A stretch of DNA of 64,000 bases from Dipteris shenzhenensis (Eukaryota): assembly GCA_047967505.1 (NCBI GenBank), contig CM106538.1, one strand, 5' to 3'. Shown one piece after another: positions 51,396 to 64,000 of the stretch; the stretch's first letter is position 1; the number at the start of each line of letters is the position of its first letter. Both the position numbers and the translations under genes were made by a program. The notes beneath the pieces were generated by a model. It saw only the letters and a list, made by a program, of their open reading frames with translations, had not been told where the DNA came from and did not search any database.

Positions 51396-51559
51396 ATGTG
51401 CTCCATTACTTTGAGCAATATTAGTCGCAATATCTGATACTTTGCTAAGAGTTGCAGAGGGATGTGGTAGGATAGTAGTGGAATTTATCTTGATTTAGGA
51501 GCACATATCTTCAACATCAATGTTAGACACCAGCATCGCCTCCTTCTAAGGAGAGGCTC

Positions 51560-54500
51560 GGAGGTGTGGTGGCCTATAGTAGGCAAGAGTGGAGGGTTTT
51601 GCATGCAGTTTCAGAGGTAGTGGCCATAGATGTCTACAATCAGGGGGAGATCACCATAAGAATGACAACATGTATGGGTCTATGTTTTAGTGACTCTAGG
51701 ATAGGGATTTGGAATGTTTATGCTATGACTTGTAGACAACAATGTCCCACGCTCTAGAGGTGGTTGACTAGGAGCCTCCTAGATGTGGAGTCTTGGATTA
51801 TTGGAGCTGACTTCAACAACGTAGAGTTTGGGGAGCGTGGAGCTTTCTTCTTAGAGATTTTGAAACTTGAGAGGAGTGCATGGAGCAATTGATTTTCACA
51901 ATTTGTGGTAGGGACCCTTGGTAGGAGCCAAAGTTTTCTAGACTTCTAGGTGGCCTTTGTTTCTGCTTCAAGCAACATTGTCATGATGGAACTCTAGAGA
52001 GGCTAGACATGTTCTATGTAGGTGATTGGGAGACACATGGGGGTGGAGTCACTAGCATTTTTGTAGGTACCATGATGTTCGACCACTCCTTGGTTGTTCT
52101 TCACCTTGAGTAGCCTCATCGTGGGCTCCCTTAAAGAGGGATCCACATTGCATATGCCTTGTTGTTGCAGGATGAGATACATGAGTTGGTCACAGAGATT
52201 TGGCAGTAGCCCGAAACAAATTTGGGGGGAAGTTGGGCCTTGTGGGTAGCACATGTGATCCAAAGGACAAGTAAGGAGATTTAGCCTCAGGCTCTCCACT
52301 ATTGCCACCTCCTTCAAGCACATGAGAGAGCATTGAGATATGACCTAGCTTCCATCGAGTGCCTCAAGGAGATGGACCTAGGTTTGCAGTGGCTTTCCTA
52401 TCAACATGAGCACATGCACCTTGACCTATAGGACAGGGAGGTCCATCATGCAAAGTTCACTTATCACTCATCTAGGGCTCGATGGGTACAACAGGTTGAC
52501 ATGATGACCAAAAAGTTATTTTAGACCAAGTGGCCTTGGTTAGTGGGAGCAATATTCTAGAGACTGAGAGATGTTGGCGGTCAGATGATACACTTAGATC
52601 CATAGGAGGTTCTAGAGATGACTACAGATGTCTATCAGAGTTTGCTTCAGTCCAAGGAGGCATCCCCCCTTATGCATGTAGTTCAAGAGTCTATTTGGGC
52701 CCACATCCTAGTAGTGGTATCTAAGAGCATGAGCAGATAGCTAGAGATACCTTTCAAGGATGAGGATCTTTTGGAGGCCATCAAGACCCTATCTCCATAA
52801 AAGTGCCCTAGAGATGATGGATTGACATCGTCATTCTTTAAGTGTGTCTTGGAGTGCATCCACCATAGGATGGATCCATGATAGTGGAGAGTAGCAATTA
52901 CTCTATTAGACACCATGTACAAGATCTTTGCCAAGTTCTTGATTTTGTGGTTGTGGCCTCATCTAGTGGATATCATTCATGGCACACAGATAGGGATTGT
53001 TTAGGAGCACAGCATCCAAAACAACATCTTCACCTTTTGGGAGGCACTGGACTGGGCCCAAGAGGAGTCCTAGCCTTTCATTGTACTTTTATTGGATTTT
53101 GAGAAGGCTTACAACTAGATGGAGTGGTATGTCATAGAGGGCACCAGGTCTATTCAGACAAATAGATCAGAGGGGTCTCAACCTTGTATGCAGGGAGCTC
53201 CAACCAAATGCTTATTGGCATCCATATGGGTGAGGACTTCTCTCTCTCCCAATCAGTTTGGCAAGGCATTCCACTCCCCCCTTTTCTCTTCTTTTTTGTT
53301 GCAGAGGTATTGGGAAATTTTTTGTGCTCTTAGACCATTGGCCTGGGATAAAGCCTCCCAATTCGACAAAAGAAGGAGTTGCAGAAGTAGAGTTTACAAA
53401 TGACATGGCACTTTATGTGGAGGGTTTTGTAGAGAGCCTTGAGGTGATCAAGGAGGCTCTAGCCACATACTGCAAGGCCTTTGGGGCCAAAATCACTTGG
53501 ACCAAATTATCTTGTCTTCCTTACAACAATTGAAGGGATCGAAGAGGTTTGAGATTGGGGGACTACCCTTGGTCTTAAGTCGATTCTGTAGGGATAGATT
53601 GTGAGATACTAGGGGTTCTAGGTAGACATGGATGCATCAATAGAGTAGTAGCGACTGTGTAGATCAAGCTTCTTTATTGAAGCTTGGGCAAATGCTCCCA
53701 AGAAAGTAGGGCCTTGGTGGCTAACTAGGTCCTTCTTGCCATAGCCTAGTACATAGCCATGTGCTGGTGCTTTCATGGGGGCTACATGGGTCAATGGATC
53801 AGCTTAGTCACTTGGTGCACAACTTCTTATGGGCAGGATCAGATGGAACGTGAAACACTAGAGCCAGAGTGGCATGACACATTGTAATTTTACCACCAGC
53901 CCACATAGTTCTTGGTATCATAGACCCAAAGATACAAAGCAGAGCCCGCCTAGACAAGCTGGTGGTATGTGGTCTCACCCCAGGCTCTGAGCCTTGGAAG
54001 CACTTGCTTTAGCAAAGGGCTTCTTAGAAATACCCCTTGTGTAGGTGGCTAGTAGGAACAGTCCCATAGACATATTTTTTTGGAGCCCCCCTGCATAGGG
54101 AAGGCCCCACAAGGAGTTTGAGTGGAAGCCTATCATCTGGCACTGAGAGGTTTGGGATCTAGAGAAACATATGGTGGGGCAATGATCACATATTGGCCAA
54201 GCACAGTCCCTTGGAATTTGGAGATGGATCCCTTTTGATACATAGGATAGGGTGTAGACACTTCACTTCTAAAAAGGGTAGGTATACGGATGGTAGAGAT
54301 TGTCATGGTGATTCCCAACTCTTGGTGGGAGGGATTGAGCAACACCTAGACCCCCACCATTGGTCTAGACAATTCTCGAGAATAGAAGTGCCCTTTAGGA
54401 TTTAGTTCCTTTAGTAGTCATGGGATTATTACTGTCCTAGATACTACATGGTGGAGTTTGGGGGCCTCTTGTAGGCTGAGACAAAGAGGAACAATTGGGA

Positions 54501-54620
54501 TGAGGAGGTCTTAGATGGGCTAGGGTGCCAAAGAGTCAAGATTATGGGCCACTTGGGCAAGGTTTGGACTACCAACCTAGACATGGTCCTATCATATCAA
54601 GAGGTCACATCTTAGTTCAT
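51560..54620 (+). mobile_element. Decayed L1-type LINE ORF2
   Basis: Endonuclease remnants IWNVYA, WIIGADFNNV, RLDMFYV; RT remnants LLDFEKAYN*MEW, FTNDMALY, VRYLG; many stops. Confidence 0.8.
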
Positions 54621-56204
54621 CAAGGTTTCATACTTGAATGGTGGCTCATGGGAGCTTGCTCATCGGCCAATGCTATTGCATATAAATTAGGTAACATGGC
54701 ACACAAGCAAGACTTAAGTGAAATATTCCTTTTTAAAAAGAAAAATTTTGATACTTTCCATATCATAAGTATAATCAGTATAGCACAGTATCATTATGAA
54801 AAAATTGTCAAAATTTTTATATTGAAAATTTCAATCCAATGATATTCCGAGAGATCGCAATTTCTTAGCGCAACTAGAAAGTGTATGTGCACTCTCTCAC
54901 TCTGCAAGTGCATCCTCTTCCATATCAACACCCCTATTGTTTCATCATCATGAAGGTAATTGTCATGATTTGATAATGATTCAGAAGTGGATGATCCATC
55001 CTCTTTGATGCCATCAAAAGAACATTCTCTTCTCATCATTTAAGGTCAACACATGATAGTGCATGTTTCCCTTAGCCTTGGATATCAAGAATTGCATCCT
55101 CCTCCTCCCATAACTCGTGAATCTTTTATAAATGTGCAACCTTCACTTTGATTTGTTCTTAGGAGGAGTGGATGCACTACGTTCAACTCTTGAAGGTGAA
55201 GACACATGTGTCATTGAAGCAATCACAGATGAAAATAGTGCATCCATAGCTTGAATAGAAGTAGAATGAACATTAGAGCTACCTTGGCAGCTACTTTCAG
55301 CTCAATCCTCATGAATCATTATGGCTCATACGAGGACCCCGAAAGATTCCCTAGCTCATTATTATGTTTAAATAAGGAGACAAACACAGTACCAAAACTA
55401 ATTTCTAGGCTATATGAAGAGACTAAAAGCTATTTGGGTTTGTTTTGAGCCTACATTGTGAGGTGACCTAAAGGAAAATTCTTTTCCATGATTATCAGTT
55501 GAGATTGAGACTGACATGCTAAAGATCACAAGTAAGCACTAAGAGGAATTGGTGACCTAATAATAAGGAAATGTCCATATAGAAACCTTGGGCTATATAG
55601 AGACAAGGCATTCAAGGCTACCCTAAAAATGCAAACCAACAAAATATAACTAGTAGGAAAAATGGAATTTTAAGATCCATGTTTGGAAAAGCAGATTTGA
55701 ATTTATTATACAAGAAAATATATACCATTGAATTGAATGATTTACTTAGTTGACTTGATTATGGAAAATTTTATTTGGATCCATATTTAAAAAGGCAGAT
55801 ATTATAATTTATTTTAGAAAATATTAAGCTTGGACTTGAAAAAGTTTTTATCTACACCTATTTTGCAAAAAACATTTTTAGGTCCGTATTTGGAAAATTA
55901 AAATTTATAATTTATTTTAAAGAATATAAACCCTAGGCTTGAAAATTTTGCTTATGATGATCTGATTATCTTAGCAAAATGTAAGCCTAATCCCTCGTTG
56001 TTTATTGTTCCCTGGAATTGACATCTACCTCCTCCCAACTCTAACATCCTCCAAATTTTGCTTTTACATACAAGATGGCAAGAAACCCCAAAAATTGAGT
56101 AAATTCTTAACATTTGTTTTTATTCTTTTCAATACAAATAATAACTAAATAGTATTTTTGATGCATGAAAAATTTTTAATTTTTTTCCCAAATGTCGAAA
56201 CACA

Positions 56205-56425
56205 TCCTAGCTAATCCAATCTTGAGGATCGGATTAGCATGCAGATGCATGCTAATTGAATCCCTTGGGTTAGATTAGCATGCATCATTTGAGGGCGTCG
56301 AATGTCAATCTAATCTCAAGGAGTGGACTAGCATGGATATTCACACTAATTTAGTCTTGAGGATTAGATTTGCATGAATAAGCACAATAGTTTGATCCTC
56401 GAGGTTAGATTAGCATGAAGATGGA
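56205..56425. repeat. Array of degenerate palindromic units (CATGCTAATC...GAGG...GATTAGCATG)
   Basis: Repeated GATTAGCATG / CATGCTAAT motifs; related copies at ~57460-57570 and ~58729-58762. Confidence 0.7.
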
Positions 56426-59400
56426 ACTTGATCCAATGTGAGGATTTCCATGTCACGAGTGATGGGGAACAAACTAAAGTTTAAATCGATCAATTAGTCA
56501 ATGCCTATTTGAATTTATTTCTTGATAACTAATAAAAGACACAAAATAATCCCACGCATTGTTAGAGCATGGATGAGCAACCAAAAAAAAATCAACAACA
56601 ATGAAAGAAAGCTCCAAGTCAAAAACATTCACTCCACCCAAAAGCATTGAAAGGTGCTTACTTTGCAATGTGTTTAAGGAAAGATGCATTTGGGATTGAT
56701 AGTGCATCCTAGGTATAGAATCACTCACATAACAATCTACAAAATCTATTCAACTAAAAGAAATCTCTACGATACATTTTTGGATTGACAATGCATTATA
56801 GGTATAGAATCAATAGCAATGATCTGCAAAACTATTCCACTAAAAGAAAGCTCTTACTCTAAATCCCTTGAAATAAAAACAAAACTTTTGATCATGGCTC
56901 TTATGTCTACATTAGACATTGTAGTATCCACACAAGAATTGGCTAGTCGATATGGGGATATTGCTGCTTATGTACTCTTAGCTATACTATGCTATAGTTG
57001 GTTGAGAAGAGAAGGCATACTAGATAAACTTTAGCAAAAAGCCCACTACTACAAGATTATGTGAAAGTCCCTAGGGTGTTGTTCTTCCAACCAATTGTGT
57101 GATGCGCTTGATTACTATAAGGATGTGAAGTAGAAGCATGAAAGTACATATTCCTTTTGGAGACCAAAGACCTTCCCTTTAGAGGCTAGCATTGCACACC
57201 ACCAAGGCATTCATAGTGGGATGTTCTTATAGAAGATCATTTTCATTATGAAGTTGCATTATATGCATCAACCCTCTTGGATGCATCTCTCCATTTCCTA
57301 CATAGTGTATCAAAATGAATTTGAGCTAAAAGGACCCATAATGTCACATAGCAATGTATAAGTGTTTTTAGAGGTTAGAACATGCAATGCAAATTATGTT
57401 CCCCCTTGCTTGTTCTCGCCATGGCTCATTCCCCCTTGCTCATTGTTCGGGGTACATCATCCAATCCTAGGGATCAAATTACCATGAATATGCCAATTAG
57501 CATGAAGATCTCTAGGATCAGATTAGCATGAAGATGAATTATAATCTGATCCTTGAGGTTGTACTAGCCTTAATGTGCATAAATGATGTGGCTCTTTGAC
57601 CTCAAGTGGCATCCTTCTAGTGCTAGGGCACACATGTGGCCTATGGAGCTTCCTAAATTTAGCATGGATGTCTTGACATCCAACAATTTTTTGTAAAATG
57701 TGTTCCTTTGGTGTATTTCATTGAGTACTGATTATACCAAAAGTCTGTAGCATGCTAGGACATCTAAATCAACCTCTTCTGAGCTAGGCAACCTCTCCTT
57801 ATTGAGATGTGGGATTCTGATTCTTTATATGACCCTATTGGCTACTAGTAGCAACATCCTCTATAGATAATTTTTCCTTGGTCCTTTTCTTTCCTTTTTA
57901 CTTCGAGGCCTTCTTGCTACCAAATTCCACTAAAATACCCTTTGAGAATATATAAGGAATGAATTTGAGGGTAGTTTTGCATTGGTCCTTATGGCCTCCT
58001 CTACTTGTCCTTTCAAAGAAGAATGCTTGATCTTTTGAAAGTCACAATTGACCTCAATAATTGAGATCTGCTTCACTCGAGAGTTGGCATCCTTAGAAAC
58101 CTCAAATTTTACATATTTTAATTCATTCTCATTATAAGTAAGTGACCTCACTGGGCCACTGTTCTTGTAATTCCTTTCATCAATGTGGTTAAAAATAAAC
58201 CCCTATCCAGAAACAATAGTAATGACTTATGTGCAAACTCTAAGTACCACCTATTGCAAGGGTATTGGTGGGTAAGGGTTGTAGGATCCAAGGGAAAATC
58301 TTCAAGAAACTGATTTGCTGCTAGGAGTTTCTTTTTTGGTGCAGGTTTCTTAGGGTTCAGCTCCCTTGGCTAGCCTTAAAAGCAAATAGCTATGATTTTG
58401 TAGCAAGAGAGGTGCCTTTAGACTTGCTCTTCTTGGTGACCTTTCGAGGTGTTGGGTCTAGAGAAGACAATGGCTTGCCTTTCTCTACAATAGGCTGCTT
58501 GACCTTAAACATAATTAGTTTGCATAAAGTAAATAAAAATTTTGGTAATTGAATTAAAAATCAATGATAAAAGCTAAACAAATAATCTACATAATGTAAA
58601 ATATCATTCACAATGCATAAAAACCCTATCTTTAAAAGCAAAAAACATGTAAAAAAGTAAGAAAAAACAATAGATTCTACATCAAAACATCAAAATTGAA
58701 TGAAAAATGCCAAATATCCATTAAAAGACATGCTAATCCAATCCTAGTGATTGGTCTAGCAAACAAAAACCACTCCCTTTTATTGTTGCAACTGTGCATG
58801 ACACCAATTCAAGGATTCAAGTTGTAATTGAGGTCACGAATGAAAATCAATCATTTTGCCAATGTAGCTCCTTTCTTGGTTATGGTGGATGTTTTATCAA
58901 TGTCATGACAATGATATTTTGAATATTCAAATATAAAGTCATATGATTACTTTGTGATTGGTGGTTGCCATAGTGTAGAGGCCAAGAGGTAGTTATGCAT
59001 AGAGTATCTTGACTCTATGCATTTCAAAATAGTAGAATATAAGATATATGTAGGCCTAACAAAGGACAAGCCACTCCTTTAGCTTGGGATTACAATAATG
59101 ATAATGACTATTATCAAGGTATGTCATTTATTCAAAGGGTTTGTTTCTTTCATAGCAAGTGCCGTGACTTCATGAAAACCAATGACAAGGTTACTCGACA
59201 CTTTAGGGTCTAGTGTTGTAGAGAAACTAGAATAGTATTTGATGAAACCAAGTGCTTAGATGCCATGAGGAATTATGACCAATTCTTTCAATTAGCTCTC
59301 AGATCTGGACTAATGTGGAATCTGCAAGATGAAATTTTTTCAACGTGGGAACTTGGAGAGGTTAAGGGTCAAAAGTAGTAAAAGCAAAGAATGACCCTAA

Positions 59401-62393
59401 CATCCCTTAAAATAAAAATAGTAAAAGAAGTGATGTCTCTTTACAGGCTTTATCAAAAGAGATGAAAATCATTGTCTCAAGATCAATGCAAGGAATTAAA
59501 CATGAGAAAGTTTTTCTCTCTACATTGACATGAGTTAAAGCATGTGAGATGAGCCTCGATGAAATGTACCTATTTTCTATAAAGTAAGTTCTTATCCTCT
59601 TTCTTATTTATAATTTTGGAAATAGGTATATTTTCATCATTCTATAAGATGTACATGTGATCAAATAAATGTTTCTCTTTTGTGTGCAATCATAAAACAT
59701 ATATGATATGAACAAAACAACATACAAATGGCATCCTCCACAGCGATGGCAGTAGGGATAGGGTGTCCTCCAGTGATGGCAGAGATATGGTTTCCCCTAG
59801 ACAGTGATGGTGGTAGAGATAGGGCATGTGTGCCCCTTACTAAAGTAAGCCCCCTCATTTCTAGTGAACTTGAGTCGCCAGCCTTGAATTTTTAAGACAA
59901 TAGCAAGACATACGATATCATGCAAGATCTTGAACGAGCCAAAGATGATGCAAGAGATGGTACAACAATGGGTTTCACATTCCAAGTGGAAGATAGTGAC
60001 ATGCAAAATGCTGGCAAATCTGCAGCTATTAGAGAACTACTAAGCGCCTTTAGAATTGCTCTCGACAGCTTCCCATCGTTCTCAAAGAAAAAAAGGTTAG
60101 AAAAATCCAAAGGAGTCACCTTTTTAGTGACCAAATCTCCCAATGGAGCTGCACGACAAGTTACAGTACAGCAGACCCAAACAGGGACATCCATGCAGGA
60201 CCTCTCGAGAGGCTCCTACATTGGAGTTGTCCAAGGTGGAGGAAGGAGTCTCTTCAAAGTGCCACAAGCCCCAAAACAAACTACATGGGAAAAGCTTACT
60301 GCCAAGGGCTAAACGAATCTTCATCGATGCCTCCAGCCCACCGGACCTTTTGACAAACTCCCTAGTTCAGATGGAAGCATTTTCAAAGGTAAGCTACCTA
60401 ACTATGAAGGTGCACAATGGCTTACTCATTAAAACGACCAAGTGGCTGTGTTCTTGTGTGGTTGTCAGATACATTCATGGCCCCCATCCTCTTGCGATGT
60501 TTCTAGAGGGTTGGGTTAGAAATTTCTGGATGTGCAAATGCCCAAATGTTACAAGCATTCATTTCCTAAAGAATGAATATATCATTTTTCTCTTTGAGAA
60601 GGCCGAGATGGTGACTGAGGTCATTCAAAAAGGAACATGGGCAATCAAGAACCAACCCCTCTCTGTCTAGCTGTGGGACCCGTTGTTTAATCTTGATTTA
60701 CCTCCACCTTCCAAAGCGCCCATTTGGGTAGAGTTTCCAAACCTTCCTCTATCTCTATTCCCCTAACTAGAAGCATTATGTCTCCCTCTAGGCCAGTTTC
60801 TAGGATTAGAGACGAAAAGATTCATCAGCCCTAGAGGAAATCCTCTAGCCTGTGAGTTGATGGATTTGGTTGTTGAACCACCCAATGCCATTTGATTGCT
60901 GGATGGAGATGGGTTTGAACTTATTCAAAAGGTGTTCTACAAAAGTATCCCCAACTCATGTTTCCTTTGTGGATTGGGGGGACATTTCATAAAAGACTAT
61001 CCCTAGCAGTCACGGAAAGGAGAAACAAGCTGAGGGTAAAAAATATTTGGATGTACCGGACAAGTGTGGAGGAACCAACTCAACCACCATAGGAAGAGAA
61101 GCAGAGTAAGACCAAAGAGAGTCAGATAGAAATAGAAAAGATGAAAGGAAAATAGGTAGAGGAAGAGAGAGCCAAGGTCAATGAAGAGAACATGATGAGG
61201 AACAGCCCTTCACCCTAGTGAAGGGAAAAAGAACAATTCAGCTTGAAAAAAGATTAAATAGCTCCAACTTAGATAGCCCAACTAAGAAGAGTCCAACAAA
61301 AAGGGAAAAGAGAAGGTTGTCTAGAGAATTTGCTCCGTCTCCTCAAATGAGCCCAGTTAACTTCAAGAAGTTAAGGAATAAAAGTTCTATCCAATGATGA
61401 GTCAAACCCAAAAAAAAATTATTGTCTTTCAGTAAATGTTCAAAGGTTATCCAATGACTTAAAGCCCCTAGTTTTCAAGAGATGGTTGAGGTCAAATAAG
61501 CTCTCCCTTGACTTCTTAGCTCTCCAAGAAGTTAAAGTAGGAGGAGCAAAGCTATTTTGGCATTCAAAGTAGGTTGATGACAAGATATTGTGGTTCACAA
61601 CTAACCATGATGAAGGGAGAGGAGGTGCAGCCTTAGGTGTAGCAAATCATTTGGCCCAAGGAGTGGGGAGAGTAATCTCAATTTTTGGCAATTATGGGGT
61701 GGGGGTCGATTTTGTTCACACAAACCTCTCGTGCCAAATTTTTTCAGTTTATGCTCCTAACTCAGCTAGGGACCTAGCACTTCTTTGAGAAAGCATTCGC
61801 TTGTCAGACAATGCTCTCCTACTAGGAGATTTCAACATGGTCAAGAGTAGGATCGATAGATGGGAGGGGATAGGCAATGTGATACGAGGGCATGAACTGA
61901 ATGCTTGGACTTGCTTCAAAGTGAGGGTAGAGTTGGCTGACATATCATAAGACACTGCTTTTACTTAGACTAACAATCAGATAGGACAGCTTCACAGAAA
62001 AGGGCAACTAGATAGAGCCTATTGCTCTATGAGAATTGTTGATGAGATGCCTTGTGTTAAGAGTAGAGCTTTGACAATGCTCCCCTTCTCTGATCACAAA
62101 CCCATCTTAATTGTCCTTGAAAAAGAAGATAGGGTCATTGGCTGCTCTTGGTTTAAAGCCAACCCTTTCTTTTTTCAACTCCCATATGTTAGGAATAATA
62201 TTGTTAAAATCTGAAACAATGCTTTTGGTGGGACTGCCACTACAACAAATAAATGGATCAAAGCCACAGATAGGACAAGAGTATTTTTAAAAGCAGTAAA
62301 ACATAGAGCTAATAAAGCCAGAACCCTTAGGACTCAAAAGCTCAAAGATCAATTGGCTCTCCTTGAGAGAGACAACAACGAATAGGGACAAAG

Positions 62394-63746
62394 GGAGGAT
62401 TACCAAAAAGCGAGCGAGGAAAAGTGAGTAAACCAAAAAAAGCGAGCAAGAAAAAGTGAGCGAGCCAAAAAAAACAATCAAAACAAAACAATAATAGATT
62501 GCCAAATCCTTATTATAGCAAGTGTCTAAGTTCTTCAAAAGTCCATGAGAGGGTTGGACTTATGTCATTGCCAAGGCATCATTAGTAAAGACGCACCCTA
62601 TCTTTCCTCACTTTTACTCATTCAATTTTTTGTAATCCTCCATATTAATCAAGGTCTCTCTCTCCACCAACAAAAGTGAGATCATCAATGAAATCTTCCA
62701 CACAAATCAAAAGTTTCATAAGACTTCTTGAATGGAATAGTCCACATTACATGCATGTGCAAATGCTTGGTTTTTGAAACTCTATTCACTCTTGGAACAA
62801 AAGCCATGTTTTTCTGTTTGCCAAAAAACCCTCCCTAATGAATCACTCTTACATCCCACCAATCCAACAAAATCTAAAGAGTAAGTACATCCCTTTCTTT
62901 AAATTGAATTCAATTCTAAAACAAATCAATCTTTCCTTATAGAAATCAATGGTAAAAGCCAAAATAGACAACATCTTGACATGGTTCCTATTAGGTAAAC
63001 TTTCCTCTAGATCCGATGCAAGAAATCGGCTAATTGTTTATTAAGTTCACATTTTGATGCATGAAGTTTTACTAAATGGTGGTCATAATAATCATCTAAA
63101 TCATGCCTTGCCATTCGTTTTGATATGTAACACGACCCCATTTAGATTTGTAAATCAAAAGATACAGGACGTCAAAATCCTCATCTTTTGGGCCGCAACG
63201 ATGAGGATTTCGACATCCTATATCTTTTGATTTACAAATCCAAATGGGGTCGTGTTACATATCAAAACGAATGGCAAGGCATGATTTAGATGATTATCAT
63301 GACCTTTTGCACCATTTAGTAAAACTTCATGCATCAAAATGTGAATTTAATGGAATTTTTGTCACTTTCTTGCACCAAATTTAGAGCAAGGCCACTCATA
63401 ATAGGAGCATGTTAGAACTCTATCTATATATTACGAGCGACAAAAATAATCAAAACGGTTTTCTATGCAAGTTCTTTTGATAAAAATATAGAGAACACTT
63501 TTACCAAGGTAGACTTTCAATAACATGTTATGATCATGTTCAAACACTATTACTAATGTGCACTTGCAATATTATGTTATACTTATGTTCATTGTTGAAG
63601 AAGCACTATAAATCTTTATTAATGATGAGTACATACATACAATGAGGTTATGTGTTGGTAGCCCAACCATTTCTACTTTGCTCGGTTTTTCTTGCTCGCT
63701 TATTTAGTTTTGCTCGCTCGACATCACTCGCTTGATTAACTGCGTC
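62394..63746. mobile_element. Non-autonomous TIR DNA transposon (hAT- or Mutator-like) inserted in the L1
   Basis: 8-bp direct repeat GGACAAAG at 62386-62393 and 63747-63754; AAGCGAGC motifs at the left end mirrored by GCTCGCT at the right end; removing the insert restores the LINE frame. Confidence 0.8.
63005..63385. repeat. Long inverted repeat / foldback hairpin
   Basis: Arm 63040-63185 is the near-perfect reverse complement of 63200-63351 (14-nt loop, one 6-nt bulge); weaker pairing extends to ~63005/63385. Confidence 0.95.
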
Positions 63747-64000
63747 GGACAAAGACAGATGAGGACTATTAGAGAGAAACTTAGAGTAGAAGCAAAAATA
63801 GCAACTAACCAGGCCAAGATTTATATGCGTGAGAAGATTACAATGAACATATATGGATTACTTATTGGTACTCATTTGGCTGTCACACACACTTATATGT
63901 CTTTCACAATGAACACATATGGATTACTGTTGAGTACTTGTTTGGATGTGATCACCGTTCCCAAATGCCCATTTTCTTGGTTACTTCTGGATGTTCTTTA

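Larger units (their letters stand above)
59900..63837 (+). mobile_element. L1-type LINE 5' portion (ORF1 + ORF2 endonuclease), pseudogenised, interrupted at 62394-63746
   Basis: ORF1: WAIKNQPLSV*LWDP, PIWVEFPNLPL, knuckle CFLCGLGGHFIKD; ORF2 APE: DFLALQEVK, GRGGAAL, SVYAPNS, LLGDFNMV, LDRAYC, SDHKPIL; the frame resumes after the insert (GQRQMRTIREKLRVEAK). Confidence 0.9.

Overview
Repeat-rich land-plant nuclear DNA (large-genome lineage such as a fern is an inference from long TE-filled introns, not proven). One host gene is present: a minus-strand SNF2-family helicase with F-box, CW zinc finger and RING (At3g54460-like). Four exons can be spliced by eye (21219-20273, 20138-17601, 17496-17283, 12233-12000); its last exons appear to lie left of the window, so positions 1-11999 are probably one giant intron. 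The rest is a layered TE landscape. Several insertions have boundaries fixed by target-site duplications: a Tat-type Ty3/gypsy with two RNase H domains, a non-coding LTR element with TG...TA ends nested in a hAT MITE, a gag-only (TR-GAG-like) copia inside a LINE, a 1.4-kb GC-rich poly(A) retroposon with an 18-bp TSD, a Tourist MITE upstream of the gene, and a TIR element carrying a long hairpin inside an L1. There are also LINE 3' ends abutting (GA)n tracts and many decayed L1 and copia remnants. No rRNA, tRNA or CRISPR was seen. Coordinates were read manually and boundaries of decayed elements are approximate.
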